This document shows, one piece after another, positions 1 through 8,890 of a stretch of DNA of 64,000 nucleotides. Source of the stretch: a virus (taxonomy: Duplodnaviria > Heunggongvirae > Uroviricota > Caudoviricetes); IMG/VR virus record IMGVR_UViG_3300046507_000435, positions 1 to 64,000 of that record, one strand, 5' to 3'. The notes under the pieces are model-generated. The model was not told the DNA's origin, searched no databases, and worked only from the letters and a program-made list of their open reading frames with translations. The translations under genes were made by a program, and so were the position numbers. The stretch's first letter is position 1, and each line of letters starts with the position of its first letter.

Positions 1-54
1 GAGAGTGTTGGCGAGGCGGCGCAGCTGGTGGGCGAAGTAGGTTGCAACGGTCAT
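1..54 (-). CDS. 5' end of a leftward gene that continues beyond the window start
   Basis: Minus-strand ATG at 54 reads MTVATYFAHQLRRLANTL with no stop before position 1. There is too little sequence to assign a function. Confidence 0.2.
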   Translation of the reverse strand, partial: MTVATYFAHQLRRLANTL

Positions 55-161
55 GGCGGCTTTCTGAAGGTTAGGAAAACCGCAGTGTCAGGCCATTTAT
101 TCAAAAACTTGGAATTCAGGGGCGGGCGCCGCCCAGCTGGTGCGCGGCGCCCTGGTGCTCG

Positions 162-683
162 TCAGCGGCGACTGGAACTAAACGAACTGGACGACGGGGT
201 ATAGCTGCGCATGGCCACCGCCGGCGCGGTGTTGACGCGATAGGACGCGGTGCTGGCGATCGGGGTCACGCTGGCGCGGTAACTCGGTGTCGGGCTCGCG
301 CTGGCCAGCATGGTCTTGGGCGGCGGTGCCGGCGGCGCCACCGCTTTGACGGCCGGCGCCGGCGCGGCCTGCTGCACGTTCACGGTCTTGTTGATGACGG
401 TCTGGCGCACCACGGTGGGGCTGTGCGCGGCCGGCGCCGGCGCCGCCTTGTGCTGGGCGTTGGCCAGCATGTAGCCGGCGGCCGCGCCGGCCACGCCGCC
501 GATCAGCATGTCGGAGCCACTGGACGAGGGCGCCGCGGTGGCGACGGTGACGGGCGCGGGGGAGGTGTAGGCCGGCGGGGCGTAGGCGACCGGCGCCGGC
601 GGGCCGGAGCAGGCCGCCAGGGCGGCCATCATGCCGATGGCCAGGAAGGTGGAGCGGGCGAACGAGTAACGGGATTTCAACAT
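162..683 (-). CDS. outer-membrane lipoprotein with a glycine-zipper domain (17-kDa surface-antigen-like)
   Basis: N-terminus MLKSRYSFARSTFLAIGMMAALAACSGP has a signal peptide and a lipobox (LAAC). An Ala/Pro-rich linker follows. The C-terminus carries the GGVAGAAAGYMLANA glycine-zipper motif. Confidence 0.7.
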   Translation of the reverse strand: MLKSRYSFARSTFLAIGMMAALAACSGPPAPVAYAPPAYTSPAPVTVATAAPSSSGSDMLIGGVAGAAAGYMLANAQHKAAPAPAAHSPTVVRQTVINKTVNVQQAAPAPAVKAVAPPAPPPKTMLASASPTPSYRASVTPIASTASYRVNTAPAVAMRSYTPSSSSFSSSRR

Positions 684-748
684 GGTGGGCTTTCTAGGAT
701 GCCAGGGAATGGTGCAAGTATCCCGGCATCCACAGCGAAACTTAAAAT

Positions 749-1228
749 TTAGTGGGCGGGATGGAGTTCGGCGGGCAGCTGGTCAGCGCCGGGGGCGTGT
801 ATGCCGCGTAGCGTGGTCTGCACCGCGAAGATGGTGATGCTGAGCGTATGGAGCCAGGCGCAGGTCAGTGCCGTGGTCACCGACCACACGCCCCATGGCG
901 TCAGCTCGGCAAAGGCGCCGGAGGCAGCGCACGCCAGCAGCGCGCTGGCCAGCGCGAACACGGCGCCGACGATCAGCAGGACATAGATCATGGTGTCGGG
1001 AGCGGGTATCGAAATGCCATCCTCAACGCGCTCGCTTGCGCGCTGCCAGCGCCGCCGCAGCGCCCACAGCTCCAGGGCGGCGTGCGCCCCCAGAAACACA
1101 ATGCTGGTGGTGTACAGCAAGCCGTGGGTATAGGTCGGCGTCACCCATAAGCCGGCGACGGTGTAGAGGTACAAGCCGATGGTCAGAACAATCAGCGCGG
1201 AGCGCAGCAGGCGTGGCAGTTGGAACAA
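749..1228 (-). CDS. hypothetical integral membrane protein (start uncertain)
   Basis: Several hydrophobic helices (LIVLTIGLYLYTVAGLW, IYVLLIVGAVFALASALLACAA). The long ORF from 1363 overlaps the neighbouring SprT gene. A TTG at 1228 sits about 7 nt after an AGGAG and is the start chosen here. Confidence 0.4.
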   Translation of the reverse strand: MFQLPRLLRSALIVLTIGLYLYTVAGLWVTPTYTHGLLYTTSIVFLGAHAALELWALRRRWQRASERVEDGISIPAPDTMIYVLLIVGAVFALASALLACAASGAFAELTPWGVWSVTTALTCAWLHTLSITIFAVQTTLRGIHAPGADQLPAELHPAH

Positions 1229-1299
1229 GATCAAACTCCTGAAATGGTGGGAAGAATCGCCATTATTGGAGCAGTCCCTGTAAAACTTGGAATTGAGTC

Positions 1300-2034
1300 C
1301 TACGCCTCGGCAAACCGCTCGTCGCACTCGCCGCAGACGACATTCAGGCCTGGCTTGCCCCACACGGCAATGGCGCAGCTGCAGGTGTATTTGGAGCGGT
1401 TTGATTTATTGACGGCGGCCGCCGCGACGCCGCTGGCGGCCGCCGGCGCCACCATGGCCAGGCCGGACACGGCCGCCACATCCATGGCCTGCGCCGGCAG
1501 GTTCAATGTGATGCCCGGCGCGGCGGCGCCGGTGGTGCTAGGCACGTACTCGGTGAAGCGGTCGTACCAAGACAATTTAAATTCCTGGGTGATCAGCATC
1601 GAGCACACCGCCAAAAAGCGGCCGCCCTCAATCGGGTAGTCGGCGACCTTGTCGCCCGTCTTGCGCCCGCCCGGCTGGCCGGTCGAGGACGGCATCAGGC
1701 CGATCGATTCCATCTTATCTCCCCACTCCTTGTCATGGTAGCGCCCGCGCGGCGGGGTGCCGTGCTGCTGCTGCCACAGGTGGACCATTTCATGGACGAT
1801 GGTGGCCATGGTTTCGACCAGCGGCACCACGGCGAAGAAGGCGGGATTAATCGCAATTTCGTGCAATTGATCCTTGGCCTTGTTGCCCCAGCGCCCGGGC
1901 GAAAAATATCCCATGGTGCGGTCTTTGCGCTGCAGCGTCAGCACGCAGTCGGCCAGGCTGTTGTCGAACAGGTGTTGATTGAACGTGTCGTAGGCCAGCT
2001 GCAGTTCGGCGTAGACGAGGGCGGTTGGTTTCAT
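1300..2034 (-). CDS. SprT-like HExxH zinc metallopeptidase with a C-terminal zinc ribbon
   Basis: HEMVHLWQQQHG matches the SprT-family HExxH motif, followed by YHDKEW. The C-terminus has CSC...CGEC zinc-ribbon cysteines. An internal Met (MKPTALVY) is the likely start; the track ORF extends to 2139. Confidence 0.6.
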   Translation of the reverse strand: MKPTALVYAELQLAYDTFNQHLFDNSLADCVLTLQRKDRTMGYFSPGRWGNKAKDQLHEIAINPAFFAVVPLVETMATIVHEMVHLWQQQHGTPPRGRYHDKEWGDKMESIGLMPSSTGQPGGRKTGDKVADYPIEGGRFLAVCSMLITQEFKLSWYDRFTEYVPSTTGAAAPGITLNLPAQAMDVAAVSGLAMVAPAAASGVAAAAVNKSNRSKYTCSCAIAVWGKPGLNVVCGECDERFAEA

Positions 2035-2187
2035 CTGTGGATTGTGCAATACAAAAAGAGTGACGGCATCATAGCAGAGTGTGTATTGCACAATCCAAAG
2101 TTTTTGCATGACAACACAAATCCTACTTGCGTATGACATTCAATCCTACTAAAATAGGATTTCCACTTTGACCAAGGGAGAGTAGAC
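2030..2187. promoter_or_regulatory. divergent promoter/operator region between the sprT-like gene and mazE
   Basis: A 12-bp perfect inverted repeat TTGTGCAATACA/TGTATTGCACAA. There are also direct and inverted AATCCTACT/AATAGGATT repeats and AT-rich stretches immediately upstream of mazE. Confidence 0.35.
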
Positions 2188-2433
2188 ATGGAGCAGACTT
2201 TGCGCCGCGCCGGTGGTTCGCTGGTGATGACGGTGCCGAAAGCGTTTATCGAGCAGAACAAATTGCACGATGGATCGCGGGTGCAGCTGGAGTTGGCCGG
2301 GTCGCAGTTGACGATTCGGGCAACGCGCCGGCCGCGTTATGTGCTGTCGGAATTGCTGGCCGAAATGCCGGCGGAATTGCCGCGTGTGGAAGGCTGGGAC
2401 AGCCTGCCGGCGGTGGGATTGGAGAGCGACTAA
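2188..2433 (+). CDS. mazE: MazE/PemI-type antitoxin (AbrB/SpoVT fold)
   Basis: 81 aa. GGSLVMTVPKAF..GSRVQLELAGSQLTI is the swapped-hairpin antitoxin pattern. It lies immediately upstream of the toxin gene and is translationally coupled to it by a TAAATG overlap. Confidence 0.75.
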   Translation: MEQTLRRAGGSLVMTVPKAFIEQNKLHDGSRVQLELAGSQLTIRATRRPRYVLSELLAEMPAELPRVEGWDSLPAVGLESD

Positions 2434-2784
2434 ATGGCGTATGTACCAAGACGGGGTGACATCATCCACTTGCAGTTCGATCCGGCCAGTGGCCGGGAAA
2501 TGAAGGGCGGCCACTTCGCCCTGGTGATCAGTGACAAGGCGTTTAATGCGCGCGGCTTGGCGATGGTGTGCCCGATTTCGCAGGGCGCCGCGGCGGATGC
2601 GCGGACGCACGGCACGGTGGTGTCGCTGATGGGCGCCGGCACCGACACGGTGGGCATGGTGCACTGTCACCAGTTGAAATCGGTGGACTGGCGGGCGCGC
2701 GGCGCGCAGTACAAGGAGTCGGTCGACGCCGCTATCTCGGACGAGGTGGCGGCCCGGATCGAAGCGATCCTGTTTGGAGACTGA
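2434..2784 (+). CDS. mazF: MazF/PemK/ChpB-family mRNA interferase toxin
   Basis: 116 aa. RGDIIHLQFDPASGREMKGGHFALVISD and CPISQ...THGTVVSL are the PemK/MazF signature blocks. Confidence 0.8.
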   Translation: MAYVPRRGDIIHLQFDPASGREMKGGHFALVISDKAFNARGLAMVCPISQGAAADARTHGTVVSLMGAGTDTVGMVHCHQLKSVDWRARGAQYKESVDAAISDEVAARIEAILFGD

Positions 2785-2788
2785 CGCC

Positions 2789-3034
2789 ATGGTCGATATG
2801 AAACTGCATGGCGGCATGGTGGACATGATCGTGAGCCTGACGCATCAGGATCTGCCGCCGAACCCGGTCACGGGCGCCGCGCTGGCCGGCATTTCGCAGG
2901 CCTTATTAACCTGGCTGATGGGGCCGACCTACCTGGCCGACTGCCATTTGTCCGGCCTGTCGGCCGACAGCACGCGCCGCACGATCGCCGATATCGCCGG
3001 CTGCGTGCAGCGTGGCGAAGCGGCCCGATTTTAA
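2789..3034 (+). CDS. hypothetical protein
   Basis: ATG 5 nt after the mazF stop. Moderate coding-like composition. No recognisable motif. Confidence 0.3.
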   Translation: MVDMKLHGGMVDMIVSLTHQDLPPNPVTGAALAGISQALLTWLMGPTYLADCHLSGLSADSTRRTIADIAGCVQRGEAARF

Positions 3035-3056
3035 CGCAATGACACAAGGAGTCACG

Positions 3057-3494
3057 ATGAACGACAACAAAGCGGTGCCGGGGAAGGGGGCGCCCCTGCG
3101 CCAGCAAGATCCGGAGGCGCAGGCGCGGATGGCGGTGGCGATGGCGGCGCGCGCCCGCGAGGCTGACGAGCGGCAAGCGCAGCTGCCGGCGATACGGCTG
3201 GAGGGAGAGGCGGCGCTGCGCCGGCTGCTGCCGATCGCGCAGCGCGACACGGGCCAGTCCGGCGTGATCGCCCGCTTCCTGCTGAACCTGTACAACGGCG
3301 AGCGCTTCCCGTTCGATCTGACCGACCTGCGCCGGCTGGACTACGCGTTGTTTGACGACTGCATGGCGGTCCTCAACATGGACTATCAGCCGGCGCAGGA
3401 GGTGCACCGATATTTCGACCACGGCGGCGCCACCTGGGAAGCCATGGCGAAGGCGTGGGGTTTTACGGACTATGCGGGCAAGGACTGGCGCTAA
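3057..3494 (+). CDS. hypothetical protein
   Basis: AAGGAG 7 nt upstream of ATG 3057. Normal amino-acid composition (W, Y, F, D/E). The antisense ORF 2868..3704 is R-rich and is treated as an artefact. Confidence 0.45.
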   Translation: MNDNKAVPGKGAPLRQQDPEAQARMAVAMAARAREADERQAQLPAIRLEGEAALRRLLPIAQRDTGQSGVIARFLLNLYNGERFPFDLTDLRRLDYALFDDCMAVLNMDYQPAQEVHRYFDHGGATWEAMAKAWGFTDYAGKDWR

Positions 3495-3537
3495 CGGCGC
3501 CGGCGGATACGACAACCAATTTGAATAGGAAAACGCC

Positions 3538-3804
3538 ATGAACCAATCGTGGATAGCGGGTGAGCGGCCGTTGGGTGCGACGGCGCAGGCGCAGCTGGCG
3601 GCGGAGGTGCCGGAGGTGACGTTGGATGACGCCCTGGTGCTGCTGAAGCGGCTCAAGCGTGACTTGATGCACGCGCGCCGTTTCCAGCCGGACGTGCTGC
3701 ACACCTATCGTCGCGCCTGCACGTCGGCCGAAAGCGACATTGAAGAATTTCTCTCGATCGCCAAGGCGGCCGGCGCCCTCTCACCCAACCATAGGAACAC
3801 ATGA
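3538..3804 (+). CDS. hypothetical protein
   Basis: 88 aa. Compact + strand gene run. Stop overlaps the next start (ATGA). Confidence 0.4.
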   Translation: MNQSWIAGERPLGATAQAQLAAEVPEVTLDDALVLLKRLKRDLMHARRFQPDVLHTYRRACTSAESDIEEFLSIAKAAGALSPNHRNT

Positions 3805-4112
3805 AGACTGCGCAAAACACGATGTTATGCTGGAACGCGGGCGGCCCGGTGGCGCTGGTGCCGTGGCCGGACGTGGACAACAAGGCCGGTGCCTATCAGA
3901 ACACGGCGCTGGCGTGCTGGATCGAGGTACGGGCGATGTCGGTGACGAAGCGGCGGGCGCTGGTCATGAGTGAGGCGTTGACGTTGATGGTGCGGGACAT
4001 GTGCCATCCGGCGCGGGTGCATGACGCGCTGCTGGAGTTGAGTGAATACCGGGAGTCGATACCGGAGGACATGCGGGCGCCGTACGATCATTTGCACCCG
4101 CGACGCGGATAA
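3801..4112 (+). CDS. hypothetical protein
   Basis: 103 aa, translationally coupled to the previous ORF. Followed by an inverted repeat. Confidence 0.4.
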   Translation: MKTAQNTMLCWNAGGPVALVPWPDVDNKAGAYQNTALACWIEVRAMSVTKRRALVMSEALTLMVRDMCHPARVHDALLELSEYRESIPEDMRAPYDHLHPRRG

Positions 4113-4133
4113 AGCGTGCCGGGCGCCAGCCCA

Positions 4134-4161
4134 AAGCGTGATTACTGCCCTAATCACGCTT
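4134..4161. terminator. inverted repeat between convergent genes; possible bidirectional terminator
   Basis: AAGCGTGATTA-ctgccc-TAATCACGCTT, a perfect 11-bp stem. It is followed by an AT-rich low-GC tract (4160-4300) and lies between the + gene ending at 4112 and the - rep gene ending at 4279. Confidence 0.4.
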
Positions 4162-4278
4162 TGAGCCAAAGATTATTCCAGAGGAATAATTTGCAAGTCG
4201 TTGATTATTAAGTGGGTTTCCGAAACCAAATAATAAATATTGTATTTTACATAATGTTGATTATGCGTAATTACTGAT

Positions 4279-5523
4279 TCATTTTGGCAACTGCTTCCCG
4301 GCCCAGGTGCGTAGCCAATTCTTGAACATAGCGCGCTCCAGGGAAACCTTGAATTCACCGGTTTCTTCATCGTAGGACTTGCAGTCATTGACGCCTTCCG
4401 TACCCACGTATTGACTGGCCAGCCGGTGCAGTTGTTCTGGCTCTAGGGCGTTGATAAGCTTGGTAATTGCGCGCGCGCGTGCGGCTTCTGACTGTTCCTT
4501 GTGAACACTGGCTTGGTTCTGCGCCAGTTCAGCTGCAGACTTAGCGGCAGCCTTCTTTGCTCGCGCCTCGGCGCGCGCCGGATCGTTGCCAATTGCGCCG
4601 CCACTTTCATAGACGGTCCGCAAATAGCCGGCCGGGTTCTCCAGTTGTCGTTCACGGTCTATGGCCTGAACGTGTTCCACAGCGCGCGCGGCGCGCTCCG
4701 GGTCTTGTATCACCCATACCAAGGCTAGCTTTTCGCCAATGCCGACTTCCAGCAAGCTCTTGAAGATAGGCGATTCGCGTACGGAATCCTCAACCGACTC
4801 GGCGCCGAATAGACTCTGCTGGACTGCCGCCTTGACCGAAAACCGAATGTCCTTGACCCTGCGCAGTTCGCGCCGATACTCCGGCTCGATTTCAATATCA
4901 GACACCTTGTTGACCTCTTCCACGGACTTCTTTATGACCTCGTTCGATAGATGCTTAAACGTGTCATAGCGAGGCGCGTCAGCACCCAGCAGCTGGCGCC
5001 AAGTATCGACGCCAATCCAGCCAGTCGAACCGACGTTCTTGAAGCGTACGCAGTTCTCCCATAAAGTCAGTGCGTAGCTACTGCTGAACTCGTTCTGAAT
5101 GCCCACGTTGATGGTGGCATAAATCTCCGGGTTTGCCAGTTCTTCGGCTAAGAATTGGGCGTACTGGTAAGAGCACACGCCGCCCTCGATGCGAGCGCCC
5201 GCCAATAACGCCATCGACTGCCAGGCCTTTTTCTTGCCGCTCTTGTTAAGAACGTCGAACGTTATGACGCAGCGCACGATATTCTCCAGGGCGGCTTTCA
5301 GGTTCTCGACGCCGCCATCCTGTCCCCAGCCTAATAAATCCAGCAGCACCGGAACGGGGATCGTGTGGACCGTCTTCGTCAGCAAGTCATCGTAGGCGTT
5401 GAGCAGCATGATGTTGACGATTTTCCTCTCCAACAGGGAGAGGTCGCCGCTCATATGGATGTGCGCCACGTTTTTCTTTAAAGGCCGCCGTGCCTTCGGT
5501 GCCACCATATTGGACTCGCCCAT
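4279..5523 (-). CDS. repA: plasmid replication initiator (Rep_3-like, iteron-binding)
   Basis: N-terminal LSLLERKIVNIMLLNAYDDLL matches the Rep_3 winged-helix signature. The gene lies immediately downstream of five 19-bp iterons and an AT-rich tract. Confidence 0.7.
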   Translation of the reverse strand: MGESNMVAPKARRPLKKNVAHIHMSGDLSLLERKIVNIMLLNAYDDLLTKTVHTIPVPVLLDLLGWGQDGGVENLKAALENIVRCVITFDVLNKSGKKKAWQSMALLAGARIEGGVCSYQYAQFLAEELANPEIYATINVGIQNEFSSSYALTLWENCVRFKNVGSTGWIGVDTWRQLLGADAPRYDTFKHLSNEVIKKSVEEVNKVSDIEIEPEYRRELRRVKDIRFSVKAAVQQSLFGAESVEDSVRESPIFKSLLEVGIGEKLALVWVIQDPERAARAVEHVQAIDRERQLENPAGYLRTVYESGGAIGNDPARAEARAKKAAAKSAAELAQNQASVHKEQSEAARARAITKLINALEPEQLHRLASQYVGTEGVNDCKSYDEETGEFKVSLERAMFKNWLRTWAGKQLPK

Positions 5524-5544
5524 GCGCTTCCCTCCCCTATCGCC

Positions 5545-5661
5545 GGTACAAAACCCGGACCTTACGGTACAAAACCCGGACCTTTCCCGTACAAAACCCG
5601 GACCTTATATTTCCGCTTACGGTACAAAAACCGGACCTTTCCGGTACAAAACCCGGACCTT
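5545..5661. repeat. iteron array of the plasmid-type origin (oriV)
   Basis: Five direct copies of GGTACAAAACCCGGACCTT at 5545, 5566, 5588, 5621 and 5643. The 5588 copy begins CGTACA and the 5621 copy has an internal AAAAACCGG variant. Spacing is 21-33 bp. An AT-rich region (5670-5770) follows. Confidence 0.8.
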
Positions 5662-5777
5662 TCGCGTTGCACTATATAAGGTGTAAACGCTTTTAAAGCT
5701 GTTGTATTTCTAAACAGAAACAACAACAAGATTCTCGTTGGTGTTTTTTTTAAAAAATCACAAAGCCCCCTCTTCCG

Positions 5778-6308
5778 CTACTTCTCCAGATCCTTGAGCA
5801 TTTTCGCCACGGTGCGCTCAATCGAATCAAGGCAAATCGCGTGTATCGACTTGCTGGTTGACCGTTCTAGCAAGTAGGAGAGCTTCATGTGCAATTCTTC
5901 CGGCAATCGCATACTGAAAATCACTTTAAGCCGAGGGTCTGCTTTTGCCCAAGGATACCCTTTTCCGGGCGCTGACGGCGTTTTTGCCTCACTGGTGGCA
6001 TCTGGGGTTGGTGAATGATCTGTTTCGCTCTCTACGGACTGCGAGAGCGCTTCATAGCCTGCTTTGCCGTTGCCGCCCATCTTGCCTCGATTGGAAATTG
6101 CCGCTATTGCAGGCATGGTCGCGGTGGCTTCTGCTGCTGCCGGCTCTGGCCCTAACTCGGCGGTTACGGCTTCGGTCACTTGGCCAGGGGTGTAGCCTGG
6201 GTCGGCCAGTTTAGAGGCGGCTAGCTCCCTCACCTGCTCTTCGGACAATGGTTTTGGCGGCACTGTTGGCGGCCGGAACGCTGGTCGTGCATTTTTGCTC
6301 ATGCCCAA
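5778..6308 (-). CDS. ParG-like ribbon-helix-helix centromere-binding protein
   Basis: C-terminal MRLPEELHMKLSYLLERSTSKSIHAICLDSIER has the RHH (Arc/MetJ/CopG) pattern. It lies directly downstream of parA with overlapping stop and start. The N-terminal part is Pro/Ala-rich and looks disordered. Confidence 0.55.
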   Translation of the reverse strand: MGMSKNARPAFRPPTVPPKPLSEEQVRELAASKLADPGYTPGQVTEAVTAELGPEPAAAEATATMPAIAAISNRGKMGGNGKAGYEALSQSVESETDHSPTPDATSEAKTPSAPGKGYPWAKADPRLKVIFSMRLPEELHMKLSYLLERSTSKSIHAICLDSIERTVAKMLKDLEK

Positions 6309-6967
6309 ATCTCCTTGTAAATTGCCTCGGCTTCGGCGATGGCCTTATTATCGAGCGCAGGCAGCTCATCGAGCGACATGCCAAATTCGGCCACATCGAA
6401 ATAGGCCACGCGCTGCGGAACCATTGGCTCCAGCAACTGGTATTCTGGGCAATATTCCAGGATGAATTCCCTTACCCGGTCCTCTCGCTTGGAATTCGGG
6501 TTGGTCGACACGGCGTTGAGGAAAGCGATCGCCTGCAGCTTTGCGTTGACAATGCGTGTGTCGGCAATGGTTTGGCTCATGGATGCCATAGTCGCTGTAT
6601 CGAACCTGGCCGGCCGGCACGGTGTCACCAGTTTGTCTGCGACAGTCATGGCTACGCGCAACTCAACCGAATTAGATCCGGCGCAGTCCACAATGATGTC
6701 GTCGTAGCGCGGCTTCAGGTCCAGCAGGCGCTTGGCGATGCTGTTTCCGGTCAAGGTGATGCAGTTCAGTGGCGGCTGCAGCGGTGCAAGCCCCTCCTCT
6801 TTGCCGTAGTTCTCGCGCTGCACCGCAAAATCATTTGCCGAGCCCTGCGGATCTACGTCCACAACCAGCACGTCACGGCCAGCTTTCATTCGCCACACGG
6901 CATTGTTTGCCGCATGCGTCGATTTGCCGGAGCCGCCCTTCTGCCCTCCAAAAATAACTATTGCCAT
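6299..6967 (-). CDS. parA: ParA/Soj-family partition ATPase (small type Ib)
   Basis: MAIVIFGGQKGGSGKST is the deviant Walker A. DVDPQGS is the ParA motif. AAGGGG lies 7 nt upstream of ATG 6967. The track ORF extends to 7033. Confidence 0.85.
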   Translation of the reverse strand: MAIVIFGGQKGGSGKSTHAANNAVWRMKAGRDVLVVDVDPQGSANDFAVQRENYGKEEGLAPLQPPLNCITLTGNSIAKRLLDLKPRYDDIIVDCAGSNSVELRVAMTVADKLVTPCRPARFDTATMASMSQTIADTRIVNAKLQAIAFLNAVSTNPNSKREDRVREFILEYCPEYQLLEPMVPQRVAYFDVAEFGMSLDELPALDNKAIAEAEAIYKEIWA

Positions 6968-7105
6968 ATTGATCCCCTTAAAAAGTGAGTAAACCGCAAT
7001 GTTTATTATGGACATCAATTTACCTAATGGCAAGTGAATTCGTGCGAATTGGTGCGATTCGATTCGGATTGATTCGAAGTGAGTTTAAGTGAATTGGTTC
7101 GGATC

Positions 7106-7278
7106 GATGTGACACGGAATGATGTGACACGGAATGATGTGACACGGATTGATGTGACACGGATTGATGTGACACGGAATGATGTGACACGGATTGATGT
7201 GACACGGATTGATGTGACACGGAATGATGTGACACGGATTGATGTGACACGGATTGATGTAGATCGATTCCGTGTGAC
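7106..7278. repeat. centromere-like tandem array (parC/parS) upstream of parA
   Basis: Ten tandem 15-bp units GATGTGACACGG(A/T)AT, ending in an inverted CCGTGTGAC copy. A second GTGGTG-rich repeat block follows at 7280-7380. Confidence 0.75.
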
Positions 7279-7381
7279 TTGGTGTGGTGTGGTGCTATGT
7301 GGTGCTATTCAACATAGCTTGGAATTGCTTCTATAGCTTCGTGTGGAGTGGTGTGGTGTGATATGGTGCTATAGGGGTGAT

Positions 7382-7585
7382 CTACTGAAGATCGTCTAGG
7401 GTCGATTTCAAGGCTAGTAGATCAATCGCATTACGCAGCGTCGGGTGCCAGTCATTCGTACCCAGGATGCGCACCGCAGGCTTGCCGCCGGCCATGCCGC
7501 AAACGAAGCCGCCCGCCCGTTCCAGCAGGTCGAGGCGGGCGGTGTCGTCCAGCTGGGCAGGTGTCTTACTGGCGCGCCTGGCCAT
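7382..7585 (-). CDS. hypothetical small protein (leftward early operon)
   Basis: 67 aa with ordinary composition. Last gene of a run of minus-strand small ORFs. Confidence 0.35.
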   Translation of the reverse strand: MARRASKTPAQLDDTARLDLLERAGGFVCGMAGGKPAVRILGTNDWHPTLRNAIDLLALKSTLDDLQ

Positions 7586-7803
7586 AGACTTCAGGGTGCA
7601 GGGAAGGGTGGTGCCACGGCAGCGGCGCCGGCGTAGGCAGCGGTGCGCCTTGTGATATGGCGATGATGTCTTTCACCAGCGCGATGAGTTCGCGCCGGTT
7701 GAAGTGGAAGATGGCGCCGCCGCTGCGCTTGTGATGGGCGTTCGCCCGGTTCAGGATCAGGCTGGGCGTGACCGGAACGGGTGGCGTGAACCGTTGTTTT
7801 TTC
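7566..7803 (-). CDS. hypothetical small protein (GTG start overlapping the upstream stop)
   Basis: A GTGA overlap with the stop of the 7802..8368 gene. The upstream part of the track ORF (7566..8162) is R-rich junk, so only the distal 78 codons are proposed. Confidence 0.25.
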
Positions 7804-8368
7804 ACGCCGCCAGTGCCAGAGCCGGTTTCGACATGATAGCCTGTAATGCCTCGGGCCACTGCGTCCCGATCGGGAAACTGCGGTAGGCGATCGGCTCGCT
7901 GGCGAGCGACACCTGCAGCCGTGGGGCTTCCTTGTCGGTGCCGGGCGTCCATACCAGTTTCAGCAACGCTTCCAGGCAAGCGGCGTTGCCGGCCTGCACC
8001 GCCATCGTGGTGCGCATCTGGTGCAGGACATGCAGCGGGTCGCATTCGGTGCCCGGCGGGAAACCCGCCGCCGCGCAGATATGGTCGTAGAGGGTCTGCA
8101 GCAGCTGCTCGGTGGTGGTCTTGCCGACTTCCTTGAAGACGTTGCGGGTCGCGTCCATGCACTGGTCCGCAGCCTCGGTATCGATGCCGTCATCGGACAG
8201 GCAGGCCTCCAGCATGATGCTGGCGGCACGGTCCATGATGGTTTGCTGACGTTTGATGTAGTCAGCCTGGTTGGCTATCTGCTGTTCCAGCGCGGCGATG
8301 TAGGCCGCCGCCTCTGGCGAATGGGGAATGGCTGCGTCAGGACGCGGCTGGGCAATCGGAGCTGTCAT
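7802..8368 (-). CDS. hypothetical protein
   Basis: 188 aa with protein-like composition (Y, D/E, Q). No recognisable motif. Confidence 0.5.
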   Translation of the reverse strand: MTAPIAQPRPDAAIPHSPEAAAYIAALEQQIANQADYIKRQQTIMDRAASIMLEACLSDDGIDTEAADQCMDATRNVFKEVGKTTTEQLLQTLYDHICAAAGFPPGTECDPLHVLHQMRTTMAVQAGNAACLEALLKLVWTPGTDKEAPRLQVSLASEPIAYRSFPIGTQWPEALQAIMSKPALALAA

Positions 8369-8618
8369 GGTGTGGTTGGATGTCGAGTTGGTATTGGTTG
8401 ATGGTTTGCAGCAGCGCGGAGCGGTACTGGGCCTGCGACTGGAACGTCATGGCATAGGCATCGCTGGCCACCAGCGCGTGGATCTCGCGCAGCGCTTGCG
8501 TCGGCGTCATGGCCGGCTCGGGCGTTTGGTAAGGGGTCATATCGGGAAGGGTGGGGCGTGGCTGGCGCAACAGGATTGCGCCGATGCCGCAGGCAAGCGT
8601 GGTCAGTAGGCCGGGCAT
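8337..8618 (-). CDS. hypothetical protein
   Basis: 93 aa, Q/Y-containing and coding-like. The overlapping frame 8365..8790 is R/H-rich and rejected. Confidence 0.4.
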   Translation of the reverse strand: MPGLLTTLACGIGAILLRQPRPTLPDMTPYQTPEPAMTPTQALREIHALVASDAYAMTFQSQAQYRSALLQTINQYQLDIQPHHDSSDCPAAS

Positions 8619-8621
8619 GAA

Positions 8622-8873
8622 TCAGACGGTGGCGGGTCGTGCATCGCCCTGTAGCAGATCGTAGGCGGCCTTCATGCCCGTGGACACCTGGCCATCCTTG
8701 TTGGGCACGATGGTCAGCATGCACACGCCGGCATTCTGCGTCAGCGGGACATCGACCGCGATCAGGGCAGGCATGTTGTGCGCCTTGCAAGCAATCTTGA
8801 GCTTGGTAATCAGCGGCTCAATCTTGGTGGTATAGGTTACGTCGATGCCGGTGGTGCTTTTCTTCTTGGTCAT
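8622..8873 (-). CDS. hypothetical protein
   Basis: 83 aa, lysine-rich N-terminus. Compact spacing with neighbours. Confidence 0.45.
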   Translation of the reverse strand: MTKKKSTTGIDVTYTTKIEPLITKLKIACKAHNMPALIAVDVPLTQNAGVCMLTIVPNKDGQVSTGMKAAYDLLQGDARPATV

Positions 8874-8890
8874 GCGGTGCTCCTTCGCGG

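Noticed and set aside
2149-3704. Minus-strand ORFs 2149..2826 and 2868..3704
   Set aside because: R-rich junk antisense to mazEF and the following small plus-strand genes.
7106-7278. Possible CRISPR array
   Set aside because: The units are 15 bp and directly abutting with no spacers. They are adjacent to parA and consistent with a partition centromere, not CRISPR.
7020-7336. Track ORFs 7020..7250 (-) and 7079..7336 (+) with repetitive SVSHQ / DVTRN peptides
   Set aside because: They are read-through translations of the 15-bp tandem centromere array. They have no start context and pure repeat composition, so they are not genes.
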